A stretch of 64,000 bases of DNA from assembly GCF_018350175.1 (NCBI RefSeq), contig NC_058368.1:11098001-11162000 (forward strand). Reading direction: 5' to 3'. Source of the DNA: Felis catus (lineage: Eukaryota). This document shows, piece after piece, positions 48,728 to 62,329 of this stretch (its first letter is position 1; every line of letters starts with the position of its first letter). A model generated the notes under the pieces. That model was not told where the DNA came from and did no database searches. It worked only from the letters and a program-made list of their open reading frames with translations. The position numbers were made by a program, and so were the translations under genes.

Positions 48728-50598
48728 TAGCATGAACTCTTATATGGACCAAATTTTTAAAAAATCGAAATCATGGGCTATTTGACTTGGGTAAGCATCA
48801 GCTATCTCTGAAATATCAAATCATGGCTCCATATTATTTGAAGGAGTTTTGCAAAAATTTGAACTGCATTTAAAGAAGGTTGTTTATATACTACAAGATA
48901 TTTAAGATGCTTGTTTATGGCAAAGGTTTAAAAAAAACTGACACAGGTTTTACAGTCTACTTAGAAGAGAGAAGAGGAGTCATTAGAGGCAGGAAAAATG
49001 AATTTTAAATACGTAAGGGTTACTGTCTTTCTACACTAAATGGTTTTTAAATATTTATATTGCCCTTTCCTCTCCTGGAATTTAAATAATCAAACAATTT
49101 GACTTCCTTAACCATGCCAGCGAAAGCGAACTTGGGTGCTATGAGTCACAGCCATTCGGGGGGAGGGACATCTTTCCTCTGAATGAACATAAAGAAAGTA
49201 AGAAGATAGGATTGAAGAACGCAATTACTATTAAAAAGACCACTTATTAGTAAGACCCTTTCAAACAGCAAGAATCAATCTTCTTCCCACCAGTATCTAT
49301 TCTTGAATGCAGGGACCAAAGAAGGGAATTTTATCTCACCCAACGGGCATGCTTATATGCAGGTTCTGGTATTATTCCAAGCCAGTTCACATTATTGTCT
49401 TCATTCACTAAATACTAGGTACCTTTTTAGACCAAGAGCTGTGCTGGCCCACAGTGGGTAAGAGAGACACAATCCCTGCCCTCATGCCGCTTTGCTTAGT
49501 GGAATGTTCTTTTGGAGGCCCTCTTAGTTCAAAGGGTAGGATCACCCCGATGCCCAGTGATTCTACACAACATTTTACTTTTTTGACTCCTTGAAATTCC
49601 CCACTTTAAAAAGCTCTTCTCCCTTGATTTTCTAAGATATTTCTGTCTTTAGGGGTTCTCTCTATTTTAGTTGCTTTTTCACTTTCTTTTTCTTTTAAAT
49701 GTTGCTACTACTGGATTCACTCTAGCCTTGCAGACTATTCCAAACGCTCTGTTTGGGGCAATCATCTATTTCCTTTGGATTGAGCTATCACTTGAGATGC
49801 CATAGACGGAAGACTCCTAACCATCCCCACCGCTGACCCTCCTGAGCTCCCAACTCCACATCAGTAATTGCTGAAAATTCCCCATCCTGTCTCTCAGGTA
49901 CTTCAGACTCAACATAGCCTAAGCCAGCCTCAGCCTGTGTTTTCCCAAATTGTTGGTGCCTCCTGCCTTAGGTATCTTAATAGTGCTACCATCTCTGAAA
50001 CCAGAAATCTTGGGGTCATCCCTGACTCCTGCCTTTTCCCATGTGGCTTCCCCTCAAGTCCGCCATTTAGTTTTCTATATCCTAATGGTAAAACCTCTGT
50101 CTGCTCAGTTGTCTACATCCATATTATCCTTGTCCCAATCTCAGCTGCGTCCGCTACACTATGCCTTGCAGCTGCTCTCCCTGCATCCAGCCTTCTTCTG
50201 AGGCCTCCCCCACTTCTCCGTGGCATGATGCAAAGGACCCAGATGTGGAAGTGGGGGAACTCTGAATTAGAATCCTACAACAGGACTGTTCTAAGAATTC
50301 CATACATGGCACAATGCCTAGCCCGTAAATCGTTTCTCCTCCTTCTACCACTTTTCTCCACGTGTTTATTAAAGTTCTCTTTCTAAATATGACATAATCA
50401 TTTCATTCCATTTTTGGAAATTCTCCATTACCTTATGTCTTATATGTTAATATGTATTGCATGCATGTGCACACATGTTCACACATATCACTTATAATAA
50501 AGTAGGATCATATAAAATATAATATTTTATAAGCTGTGTTTTGTTATAACAGATATTTAATAGATATCTACTTTGAGCTAGGATCCCTGAAAGGTATC

Positions 50599-51076
50599 TG
50601 TAGCAACCCCTCTTTGTTCCCTGCCTCGAACCCTCAATGGCCAGCTTCTGTGGATAGTCTGTACATGCTATACCTTCATATCCTAAGCATGCACTAGAAA
50701 ATATCTCCATGTGTCCTCCCTTGACTTTCTCTGATGCCTCAGAAGCTCACTTTGCTCACACATAAGCACATCCCAGAAGCAGTCCTTGTTCAGTGGTGAT
50801 GTGAGCTGATGGACGACGTGGATAAATACCCCAGCCCCCTGTTTTTCATTAGGACAATTGGCAGGCACCCCTCCATGGCTCCTCATTAGGTTCACAGCAG
50901 GATTGAGCAGTTGCCCAGACTTAACAGCTCAACAATCATCCTTTATTGGTTTTTCGTCCTTGCGTGTCTCACTGTTCCCCACTCACTCCTGTATCCTTGG
51001 ACCATCTCCCAAATAAACGTCCTGCACCCAAGTCTTTGTCTCATGCCTTGCTTTCAGAGGAACCCAAACTGGGACA
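50599..51076 (+). mobile_element. ERVL solo LTR (LTR16-like)
   Basis: TG...CA ends. 3' end CCCAAATAAACGTCCTGCACCCAAGTCTTTGTCTCATGCCTTGCTTTCAGAGGAACCCAAACTGGGACA contains AATAAA. Confidence 0.75.
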
Positions 51077-52084
51077 TCATCAAGCAGTTACAGATATAAT
51101 TAAACTGTGATGAGTAAGAAGGGTGAATACAGGATAATGTAAAGGTATATGGCCAGCAAGGCTTGGGGGAAAGTATATTCATGTTGGGAACTGATGAATA
51201 AAGGAAGTATCTTTGTTAATTTCTTTATATTTATGTTGGGAACTAATAAATAACTGTGAGTTGGCCAAGGGAAAGGGGAAGTCTGTGAACATCTTTCCAG
51301 ATCAATAAATGTATATCTTTATCATTATTAATGTCTGTGTAGCCTTCTGTTGTACGTGTGCCCATTTTTGGCACCCTTCCCAACAATGGAAGATATCATT
51401 CTTTTTATTTTTTGATAATTCAGTCAGTAAAAAATTTCATTGTTGTTTTATTTTTATTTCTGTGATCATTATTAAAGTCGAACACTTTCTCCATGTATTT
51501 GTTGGCTATTATTCGTTCATTTCTGATGATTTACCTGTTCATGATGTTAGTTTACTTTTCCATAGGAGTTTATGCATAACATTTAAAATATAGACATAGT
51601 CAAGTCTACTAACCTTTTTCTATAGTTTCTGTGCTCATACCATACTCTGAAAATGTTCCTGTACCCCAAGATTAACTTTCTTTACTAATCTGAGATTTCA
51701 GCTTTATCATATTCTGAATTTTTACTTATACTTGTATCTGCTTCTGGCTTTCTATTTTGTTTTATTATTCTTCCTGCTTACGCTACCACATTTTTTAATT
51801 ACTGTGTTTTGGAAACATGTCTTCTTGTCCAGGAGTATAAGCCACTCCTTATGTATACAATTCATATTATACATAATATATATGTATTACACATATATAA
51901 TATATATAGGTAGTTGTAACTTTTCATATTGATATAATTACAGACTTAGAGAAGAGTTGCCAGAATGTTACAAGCATTTCTCCTATACCCTTTGCCCAGA
52001 ATTACCAATTATTTACCTTTTGTTCTGTTTGCTTTTTCATTCATATTATCATTATCTCTTCCTCGCTAATTTCCTGTATACATA

Positions 52085-52109
52085 ATGCATGCACACGCAT
52101 GTGCGCGCG

Positions 52110-52156
<47 letters not shown>
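52085..52156. repeat. Alternating purine-pyrimidine run (GC)n(AC)n
   Basis: Read directly from the sequence. Confidence 0.95.
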
Positions 52157-52158
<2 letters not shown>

Positions 52159-52619
52159 TATTTTCAGGCTATTTGAGAATTAGCTGTAGATACAACTGCA
52201 GTGCAGATACCCTAGATATTTCAATGTGTATTTCCTAAAGTCAAGGGTATTTTTAAAATATTTCTACGGTACATTAATTAGAAAAAATTAGGAAATTTAA
52301 CATTATCTCACCACAGTCCATACTCAAATTCTGTCAGTTACCCTGATACCGTCCCTGTTAGGTATTTATGCTACCACCTGCACCGTCGTCCTCCTTCTCC
52401 CACCTCGCCACCACTCCTCTGCCCCCAGAAGTCCAGGATTCAGTTCGGGTTACACATTGCATTGAGTTGTCTCCTTACTGTCTTACTTTGGAGCAAGATA
52501 CCCTCATTGTTTCTCTTTCTTGACCTTGATGTTTTTTTAAAAACTACAAGCCGATTGTGGAACGCTCCCATTTGAGGTTTGTCTGATGGTTCTCTATCAT
52601 TAAATTCAAGTTAGGCACT

Positions 52620-52803
52620 TTTTAATGTTTATTTTGAGAGAGAGAGAGAGAGAGAGGGAACAAGTGGGGCAGGGGCAAAGAGAGAGAGAGGCAGAATCTC
52701 AAGCAGGCTCCACGCTCAGCACAGAGCCTGGCACAGGGCTCGATCTCACTACTGGGAGATCGTGACCTGAGCCACTTAACCACCTAAGCCACCCAGGCGC
52801 CCC
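52620..52803 (-). mobile_element. CAN-SINE (older type, short internal deletion in head)
   Basis: The junction GACCTGAGCC-ACTTAACC lacks the usual intervening bases. TSD-like AAGKTAGGCAYTT. Confidence 0.92.
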
Positions 52804-53210
52804 AAGGTAGGCATTTGTTTGACAGGGATATCACAGTAGCAATATTGTGCCCTTCTCATCATGTCATACCAAACATGACGTCAGTTTGTTGGGAGTACAG
52901 GGGATGTTGGCTCTGATCATTTGATGAAGCTAGTGTCATCCAGATTTAGCTGATTACTTTAGAATCATTTTGTTATGTTCCCAAAAAAATCTTTTTCTTA
53001 TAGTAAATCCACCTGATGTATATAGATTAATTGGGGAAAAAAATCAATGTCTTCTTTATTTTTAGAGTCTGCTTTTCTGTCCCTCAGTAACATTTTGTAG
53101 TATTTTTTTCTTTTTATGGGTTCCACAAATTTCTTCTTCAGTCTTAGGTTCTTAATATTTCTGACTGTGGTTGGAAACCAAATTTCTTTGTTCTTTGTAT
53201 TTTCTGGTTG

Positions 53211-53211
<1 letters not shown>

Positions 53212-53244
<33 letters not shown>
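53212..53244. repeat. (TTA)n microsatellite
   Basis: Read directly from the sequence. Confidence 0.95.
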
Positions 53245-53246
<2 letters not shown>

Positions 53247-55865
53247 TTTGCCTAAGTAGGAAATCAATTCATCTTTGTATATTTTTGTAACTACTTTGCC
53301 TATCTCTGATAGCTTTTATAGTTTTTCACGGTTCTCTTATATTTTATAGGTAAATAATCCTATTATCCTGCAAACAATGATGTTTGTCTCCTGGGATTGA
53401 ATTGAGAGTCTATCAGTTTTTAGCTTGAGTTGTCACATTACTTAGCCTCACTCTCTTCATCTATAAAATGGGGATGGAAGTACCTTGTATCACTACTAAG
53501 AAGAGTAAATGCAATAATGCATATAAACCTATTATTTAGCAAGAGATCAAGCTCTCAATATATGTAAGTTAGTTGTAGAAATTACAGTAAGCTAATCTTA
53601 GAAGTCATGGCACAGATCCTGTACGTGTCTTGTGAAGTTTTTGTTTTTGTTAATTTTTTTTATTATGAATTGAGTCTTTGTGGAAATTGTTTATTTCAAC
53701 CCATTATTGCTAATACATAGGAAAGCAGTAGTTTTTAATATTATTATTGTAATTAGCTTTCTTCCTAAAATTATTAATTCTGATGATTTTTCAGTAATGG
53801 GTTTTACAGGTGTAAGTTCATATAATCTGCAAAAAATGCCACTAGTTCTCCATTTTCTTGTTTTATTACATCAGTCAGAATTCCTAGGTAAAATTGTTAG
53901 ATACTATCAGTTTCAGATTTTATGGAGAATATCCATAAGGGCTTCACTGTTTTCTGTAAAGTGTTGGTTAATTTTAGATTATGTATCTATCATATTACTC
54001 TTCTAATCTTACTAAACTATAATTTCTATGATCACAGCGTGAATTTTATTAAATGATCGAAATGAGCACGTGTTTTCCATTTTTTTTTTGCGATCATGGA
54101 TAGAAGTAATCAATTATTGATAAATTTTCTAATCTTGAGCTATTGTTGCATTTCTGAAATAAAGTCTATTTGGTTATGGCCTTCTTTACACTCACTTGAT
54201 TTACTAGTATTTTATTAGGATTGCTACATCTATATATTCCCAAGTAATATCAAACTATTGACTGTTACTTCGCTTGTTTGTTTTGGGTACTATATGTTTC
54301 TGCTCTTTGTAGTAAGGATATGTGAGTTTTATTAAATAAATTGTAAATCTGAAAATCTTAACATCTCTTTCTGTCCTCCAGAATGACTTGAGTAATACAA
54401 AAGTATATGTTCCTTCACATTTGCTTATAAAATAATGTGGTACTAGCAGCTTTGGGGAAATTGAGTTTTATGTTTTATTCATCGCTATGCTTTCTTCCAT
54501 AATGATCGGCACATTGGGATGTCCGGTCTTTTCTTAGGTCACTTTGGTAATGGCTTCCTATTGAGATTGTCTATTTCTTACAGATTTTAAAATTTGTTAC
54601 CATAGAGTGTCTCCATCGTTCTTCATCGTGCAGTTCCCCTTTTATTCCTAAAGTAATGCATTTATACTTTCTCCCAAGTTTAAGCTTTATCTTTGGCAGA
54701 AGTTTGGATCTTTTATTGTTTCTTTAAAGAGCCAGTGCTTACATTCATCAGCTCTATGGTGTTTTAACTCATTGCTTTCTGGTTGTATAGGTCTTCTAAA
54801 TCTTTCCATCCCACATTCTTTAGATTTATGTTATTTCTCTGTCATCTTAAGTCACACATTTAATTCATGGATTTTAATTTGCTCCAATTTAGTAATAGAG
54901 ATCTTGGTTTAAAATGTTTACATTGTGGCCCAGAGAGTCACAGATGTTTTGTAGCTGGTGGGGATTGTCCAAACCGTATCATTCAAACTTTTTGTTTTCC
55001 ATGTTGGGAAAGCAAACAGGTTAAAGGCTTGTTTCATAGCTGGCTAGTTGCTGAACCAAAGTAAGTCGGAAACAATTTTCCTGACCCTCTTTTTCCACTG
55101 CACCACTCCACCTGGCTTCTTAACCAAAAGGATATGAGATGAAGTAGCAAGGAGAGATCATTTCTAAGTGGGAATGTGAGCTGTCTGCTATTACAGCTTG
55201 GGAAACCCCTCTCAAATGTCCAGAACTTGAAGTAGCCAACTAAGTACTTTCAGAGTACTCTTTTTTTTTTTTTTTTTTATCTTTCTTTGGGACAGAGGTT
55301 AGTTTGTGTTGACACAAGCTCAATAAATAAACCTTCTGTTGATTGAGGAAGGGTGCAGGGCCTGTAGAGGGCGGCTTTGGATCTGGAGTTTCAGACATAA
55401 CGAGCCAGAGTCGCACCTGCCGGAAAGGAGCAACACATTCCTTAGACTACCAGGCTTTAAACCAGAGCTCCCAGGTTAGAGAACTTCATTCTTCCCTCTC
55501 ACAGTCCCAGCCTGGCCCTCGCCCCGTGCGCCCTATGTGCCATCGGTCCATCATGACCCCATTACATTTTTACCCCAAAGCCACTTAAGAGAAGGATTGC
55601 CATCTCCTTGAATTATATATAGTTCTCCCAGCAGAGACACTCAGCTTAGCAGTGGGATTGGGGAGAGGAAAAGGAGAAATGGAATAAAAGCAGCTCAGCG
55701 AATGAGCAAGGAAGCCTGCCTGTGACAGTGCCCTTTCTACCTTTCTCCTTTCTTGGCTCCCACTGTGTTAGTGAAAATTGGAATGAGAGGGGGCAGTGTA
55801 GACATGAATTCAAACCTGAGTTTTCCTTCCTTTTTACTTAGTTAATACTTGCATGTAACAGTATA

Positions 55866-55920
55866 CTCTCTCTCTCAAAAACAAATAAATTTTTTTTTAA
55901 TTAAAAAGAAAAAGAAAAAT
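55866..55920 (+). mobile_element. Orphan CAN-SINE tail (5'-truncated)
   Basis: CTCTCTCTCTCAAAAACAAATAAA plus an A-rich run, with no SINE head. Confidence 0.6.
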
Positions 55921-56142
55921 GGGGCACCCGGGTGGCTCAGTTGGTTGAGCGTCTGATTTCAGCTCAGGTCATGATCTCGCAGTCCACGAATTTGAGCCCC
56001 GAGTCAGGCTCTGTGCTGACAGCTTGGAGCCTGGAGCCTGCTTCGGATTCTCTGTCTCCCACTGTCTCTGCCCCTCCCCTGCTCACCCTCTGTGTCTTTC
56101 TCTCTCAAAAATAAATAAACATTAAAAAACAACAAAAAAAAA
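55921..56142 (+). mobile_element. CAN-SINE (feliform type)
   Basis: Full head, body and tail. Confidence 0.94.
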
Positions 56143-56559
56143 CCACAACAGTGTATATTGATGATCTCTTGAGATATAAAAAGATGGACTTGTGTATATG
56201 TACATATCTGTGGACAGATGCCTGCCTGCACACGTATTTTCCACACACAGCAGAAGAGTCTGAAACCCGGGGGATCTCGTGGGGAAGGATCTTTATGTAA
56301 AGTGACAAATGTTTTCGTCATAGAAATAATATCCCCCTTCCCTGAGTGTCTGTTTTTCCTGGGATTTTTACATTTTGTATGAAATAAAGCTCAGGGTGTG
56401 TTCTTATTTCCATTTCTTGCACTGCATGAAGATAAGGGGAGTTTTACTGTCGTCACCTGGAGTTACCTGTAAAATTCAGTGCAGCCTGTTCCGAGTCAAC
56501 CCATGTTTATTACAAGCCAAACAAGAATGATCTTGTTTACTCCTCCACAGCCACTTCCT

Positions 56560-56700
56560 GTGCAGCTCATGCTATCATTCTCGCTTTAAAGATGAAGACA
56601 CAGAAACTCAGGGAGGTTAACTTACCCTAGGTCACAGAGCTAATAAATGCCAGAATCTAAAATCAGACCCAGGTTTTCTGATTTTCCAGTTTAAAATTCG
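56560..56700 (-). mobile_element. MIR
   Basis: AGATGAAGACACAGAAACTCAGGGAGGTTAACTTACCCTAGGTCACAGAGCTAATAAATG. Confidence 0.7.
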
Positions 56701-57299
56701 TTCATCTTCCTGCCAGACCAAAGCAATTTCATACTATATGGTAAATTCCTTAAGGTCCAGGAAAATGCTTTGTTTACCTTGGTACAATTGGCTTTCAGCT
56801 GTTTCCCTGAAGATTATATGCTTTGTGGCTTATCATCTTCAATTGATTTGTGTTTTCAGCCACGCATTACATATGCATTCTTTGAGCAGTCAGATAACGC
56901 TATTAAGACTTTTAAAACCGAGCTGCCCCCTGACTCACCCCACATAATATAATGAGTTTTTTGTTCCAGAAATACTCCATGCAGTTTGAGAGTTTGAAAG
57001 TGGAGAGACTAAGAAGTTGCTTTTACTTATCAACTACTATGTCCCAAAAAGTGTGAGCTGCATTTTCCATAATAGGCTATCTTCTTTAATCCTCAGAACC
57101 ACTCCTGGGACTCCAGCCTCTGTGATTTTTCCACCTCCCTGGGCTGCCTCCCAGTACTATGAGAAATGCATTTCTTATCAAGTGTCAAGAACATTGAGAT
57201 GTTATCTATCCCTCGTGAAAGTTCAGCTGGTATTTAAAAGTTCATCCTTTTAGTCATAAATTGCTTGGTTACTAGTAAGCCAAAAATGGAACTAAAGCA

Positions 57300-57515
57300 G
57301 GGGAATCTGGGTGGCTCAGTTGGTTGAGTGTTCGACTTCAGCTCAGGTCATGATCTCACAGTTCATGGGTTCAAGCCCCACGTCAGGCTCTGTGCTGACA
57401 GCTCAGAGCCTGGAGACTGCGTCTCCCTCTCTCTCTGCCCCTTTCCTGCTTATGCTCTGTCTCTGTCTCTCTCAAACAAACAAACAAAAAAACAACACAT
57501 TAAAAAAAATAAAAA
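57300..57515 (+). mobile_element. CAN-SINE (feliform type)
   Basis: Full SINE with a small internal deletion. TSD AACTAAAGCA. Confidence 0.93.
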
Positions 57516-58894
57516 ACTAAAGCAATCTGCAGCAACGATTTTTTTTAACCAAAACTAGGTATTCATTGCCACTTTCTTACTACTTTATTTTAATTTTTGT
57601 AGTTTTTCAGAAGCTACACAAGTCAGACATAGTATGTAATTTTAAGTAAATGTTCTTAGTTTGGCTTCTAGAATATTGCATTTTACCCTGCCTGCAGAAT
57701 GGTGCAGATATAATCCTGTGAACTCATGAACAGATAGCACGGTCTGCTGCATTTGTAAAATTTAGTGCAAACGCTGGATCGTTGACACAAATTATGTCTA
57801 CTAGTATTTTTCTTATACTGAGTTTTCTATTTCACTTGTCCATTAAAGGTATATGATGAAAATTTTATCTTTCCTTCCCTTTCTCTGCTTTTTCTTATTC
57901 AGAGGTATACCCTGACTCTTCTTTATAGGAGCCAGATGACTAATCTCGTCAGGTAGCCTTATTCTCCTTGGTTCATTAAATTGTAAATTCCTTGAGCTCA
58001 GGAGCTCTGTCCAATTCTTTTAATCCCACCTCCCACCCCAGACTTAAATTTCTGATACACGAAGGAGCTTAATAAATGAGTGTTGCATTCACTGGGGTGG
58101 AAATGTAGCAGCTGTCTGCCCTTGGTGGGCATCCTGTTTGTGCCTCCACAAGTCCCTCCACAAGCGTTGAGTGCTTCCAGAAGGGGGCTTAGGTTTACAG
58201 GGAGGCACAGTCACTGTGACAGACAACAGAGCCAGAGCCCTGGGCTCCACGGTCCAATCTGCCTGCCCCTTCCTCTTGCTACATAAAGCGCTGCCTTTCT
58301 TTGCCCCGCCCCTTCCCTGGGAATCGGGTTGTTGTCATTGCCCAGATCTATTTGTATCACTTAGAATCTAGAAATGTGAAATGAACGGAATAGCACTGGA
58401 GTTCTCCCCCTTCTCCCCCTTTTATTGTATAACTAAAGAATAAAAAGTGACTATCCGAAGATTACTTTTTGCCCTCACCAGTTTTGCAACCTAACCAAAG
58501 CAATTGTTAAGAGTCATGTTGGAACCATTTGTGAATCAAGAAAATCCACCCTATAAGGTTAGAGTAGGTGTTCAGGCCTTATCCTTCTATAGCAGCCTTT
58601 TACCTAAATATTTCAATTTGTCTTGAACTCTTATTATTTTTTTTCTGACTTCCTTTCTTCTGCTAATGTCAACTAGTTAGGTATGTGTGTTTAAGTATAT
58701 GAAAATATAACTCCTACGGCCCCAAACTGCTTTTAGAAGTTGCAGGAACTCAGAAGATAGAGTTCTCCTGGCATCCATGTGCTCTCTGCTCAGAGCCCCA
58801 GGAGCCTGGCTCTCTGTAGACATGAGCATGTCTGGGGCAAGGCATTGGTGGCCCCAGTGAGGCAGAAGGATGAGCCTCTAGCTCCACAGCCTAG

Positions 58895-60140
58895 AAAACT
58901 TTTACTGAGCACTTACTGTATGCCAGGCACTGTGCTGGGCACTGGGGATACAGAGATGAGTAAGAAATGCATTCTATTCCAGCAAAGGAGATTATACATA
59001 AGCAGATAATTATAAAACAGGGTGGGAAAGGCTGTGGTAGACAGTCGTACAGAATGAAGGAGGAGCACAAGAGGGGCCGCTAACTCAGCTGGCAAAAACC
59101 AAAAGTGGTTTCTTTTTCTTTTTCTTTTTTTTTTTCCGAGGGAGCTGGAGCTCTCCAGCAAGCACGCTCACATGCGGGGGAGGGGCAGAGAGCGAGGGGG
59201 GAGAGAGAGAATCCTAAGCAGGATCCATGCCCAGCACAGAGCCTGATGTGGGGCTCGATCTCACCGCGAGACGCTGACCTGAGCCGAAATCAAGAGTGGG
59301 ACGCGTAACTGACTGAGCCACCCAGGTGCCCCCGGAAGTGGTTTCTTAAACGGAGCCTGGGAACTGGGATGGAGGATGGGGGTGGTGCAGGGCAGGGAAT
59401 GAGGGAAGGGAATTAGGGGGGAGGAGAAGGTAAAGAAAAGGACTCTGGGAGGAGGTGGCACCCTGACCTCAGGCACCTAACTGAGAAATGGCTGGATGCA
59501 GGGAGCATTCAGGGCGCTAACTACCTGAGTTGAGTGCTGCTGAAGGGGCAAGCGCAAAGAAGGTAATTGGAGGACAGGAGTGTCCTCGAATTGGAGGACT
59601 CGAAAGAAGCAAGCTGGTTCGAGTTGGGGAGGACGCGCTTTACCTTGCGAAGGTATTGAAATGGATCTACCATTGCCTTTCTGCCTAGAGCTGTAAGGAG
59701 GCACTAGAAACAACGTAAGCAGAATGGCCTTGCCTTTTGCCTTCTAGATGGAGCCATTGGAACAACTTTTAGGATATGTTTGGACAGCAGAGCACCAAAG
59801 TCAGGGAGAAAGCTATTGCAGGATCCAGGCAAGGGTTAATGGGTACGTGCATCGGGGCAAGGGTGACAGGAATAGAAAAGGCAATGAATTCGAGGCGGTC
59901 AGAATTGGCAGCACTGGGTAAACAGTAAGCACGCGTAGTGGTGGTCAGAGGAGGGAATTTAGAACGATTCCCAAGTTAGAAACTTAAGTGGTCAAGAAAA
60001 CGCAGGAGGGGTAGCAATTTAGAGATTATGCTGATTTCAGTTCCGGGCGTGTTGCGTTTTGAGCCATCCCCGGAGATCCAGACAGAAATACCCATCAGCA
60101 GTCAGGCACATACGCCCACATCTGAGGTGCGAGCAGAGAT
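58895..60140 (-). mobile_element. Antisense L2, interrupted by a SINE
   Basis: TTTACTGAGCACTTACTGTATGCCAGGCACTGTGCTGGGCACTGGGGATACAG; downstream GGAGCCATTGGAA and GCTATTGCAGGATCCAGGC. Confidence 0.7.
59112..59333 (-). mobile_element. CAN-SINE (older type) inserted into an L2
   Basis: Reverse-complement SINE. TSD AAGTGGTTTCTT. Confidence 0.92.
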
Positions 60141-61887
60141 TTGAGAATACAACTATCGGAAGAGCACACAGCCAATATTTGAGAACGAGCACACAGGGTT
60201 GATTCAATTTTATCCCTCAGTTAATAACACCTGTCTAAAAATCCCAGCTCGCTTCAACATAAAGATGTAGATACATGCACACGTACGTGTGCATATGTGT
60301 GCTTATACGCTGTTCCCCCACACCACTACCGATTTAAAAAATAATAAATATCCGTGAAGCATTGCATCAGAAGAGGCGTTCTCGAGGAATGTAGACAAAA
60401 CAACATAAGCCAAAAACCACACACCTACTCCAAAAAAAGAGCAGTGCGTGTAGAAAATTACAGCTTTGAATCCATGTCAAGGAAGAGTGTTTGACAGCTA
60501 CAGGATATGAGAAGATTCAAATAACTAACTTGTTTGGTTTGAGGGAAAAGAATGTTCACAGGAAGTCACAAGAGAACCCCTTATATCCTCAGTGTCAGGT
60601 AAAGTCACCATTAGTTCATCCTCACCCCCATTCACCCTAATAATATGTGCTTAATGTGTTTACAGAGCCTTGCTTTTTCCCTCTAGGAAGGATGAAACTA
60701 CAAAATACTGTACTGCTTGTTTTGAGATCTGAGCATTCACTACATTTTGATGTTTCAAAAAGAAAGTTAAGTTCTATGCATTTTCTAGAGAAAAGAACCT
60801 TTGTATCTGTGTAGTACCACCTATATGACCTTCCAGAATGACAAACGATACTGGGAACTCTCGTACTGAGTGATTTAAAGAATTCTATTTCTTATGGTTC
60901 CTCTCCTGGAAGGGCAGAAAAATAAACGTTTAACTGTTGATAAATATTGTATGTTCACATCTGAATCACACTGAGAAGCCCATGCTAGTTTTTCCAAAAC
61001 TCTAAAATTTTCCGGAATGCTTAAATGTTTTATTATCGTAAGCTCCGTAAGAATTGTCTCTCGGTGTAGAAAAGGGAGATTAGAAAAAGTACGGTTATGA
61101 TCTGTCCTTTCAGATCAATAGTGAGTTAAAATAAAGACCTGACCAAAAAAATAAATAAGTAAAGTCATATAAAAGCTCAGGCTGAGGTGGTGGTTTATCT
61201 TTTAGAATTTCAGAAGAATTATCGTGGGAAAATGAGAAACTGCAAAATAGCTTTCGTTCAATTACTAGTCAAACGTCTGCATCCGTGTGAAGTCCAAACT
61301 GAAACCACAAGCAATCCTAAATGGAAAAAAACTGACCTCCCTGATAGATAGCATTTCATAAAGGTGGTGTGATAGTTGATCCTTTGTGGAGAAACTTGTT
61401 CAACAACAAGAGAAATACAGGTTTGTGTATAACAGAGTAATTACCTATTTAGTGAAAACATTGTTGACTTTCAGTTATTTTCTGGCTACTTTGAGGACAA
61501 TCTGTAGAAAAATATAAGTTGTATTTTGACTTTGCCCCTCCTCAATAGTTGATGTGTGTCAGAAGAGAAAAAAAAAGTCATTTCTTCAGTTGCTTGGATA
61601 AAATTATAATTATAAAAGTAATTTATTTGGCTTGTATTGGATTCCAGAGCCTAAGAAAAATGATTTGAATTTACTTCTCTCCAGTCCACCTTCTGTAGCC
61701 CAGGTAAAAGTAGCTGATTTTGCGTTGGTCACAGAGCACTGACGCCTGTCATACATTCAGGAGAGGAGGCGCCTGGAAAGCAATGTGGAGGAATTTAAGG
61801 CACGTCATCAAGTTTGTTCCGGTCATTTCCTACCGTGGCCTGCCACAGTGCCCCAAGTGGCCATTAACAAATGGCTTTGTGCTAAGG

Positions 61888-62110
61888 CAGCGGTTCCCAA
61901 ACCTTGTTTTGTAGGACATCAGGGCTGAGGGATATCCTTCACATAGAAAAAAAAAATACAGGCATTCTGTATTCAGGTAAGTTTGGAAAATGCCAGTTAA
62001 ACAAAATTAAGTAGAATGGGTTCTTTGCATGGTGCATCTCTAAGAGAGGGTGACTGCAGAATTTCTTAGATGTTTCTCATCTCAGCCCCCTGCATAAACT
62101 AGGATTTTCA
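61888..62110. mobile_element. MER103C-like hAT-Charlie element
   Basis: CAGCGGTTCCCAAACC terminus and TAAGTTTGGAAAATGCCAGTTAAACAAAATTAA. Confidence 0.6.
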
Positions 62111-62140
62111 CAGATCTGCTTAAAATGATGGGTTAAGGCC

Positions 62141-62329
62141 AGGGCACCTGGGTGGCTCAGTCAGTTAAGTGTCCAACTTTGGCTCAGGTCATGATCTTAT
62201 AGATCATGAGTTTGAGCCCTGTATCGGGCTCTGTGCTGATGGCTCAGCCTGGAGCCTGCTTCAGATTCGGTGTCTCCCTCTCTCTCTACCCCTCCCCCCC
62301 CTCAAAAATCAATAAAACATTAAAAAAAA
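62141..62329 (+). mobile_element. CAN-SINE (feliform type)
   Basis: Full SINE. TSD TAAAATGATGGKTTAAGGC. Confidence 0.94.

Larger units (their letters stand above)
51330..54860 (-). mobile_element. Long, heavily decayed antisense L1 region with nested insertions
   Basis: T-rich stretch with antisense L1 motifs (GTATTTGTTGGCTATT, TATAGATTAATTGGGG, CTATTGTTGCATTTCTGAAATAAAGTCTATTTGGTTATG). Contains a nested L1MC-like 3' piece (~51915-52960), a SINE and a MIR-like piece (~53400-53570). Confidence 0.6.

Noticed and set aside
49868..50386. 172-aa ORF
   Set aside because: Non-ATG start, overlaps L2-like decayed sequence and has no recognisable motif.
60275..60294. Perfect 20-bp palindrome ATGCACACGTACGTGTGCAT
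   Set aside because: Arises readily within alternating purine-pyrimidine low-complexity sequence.
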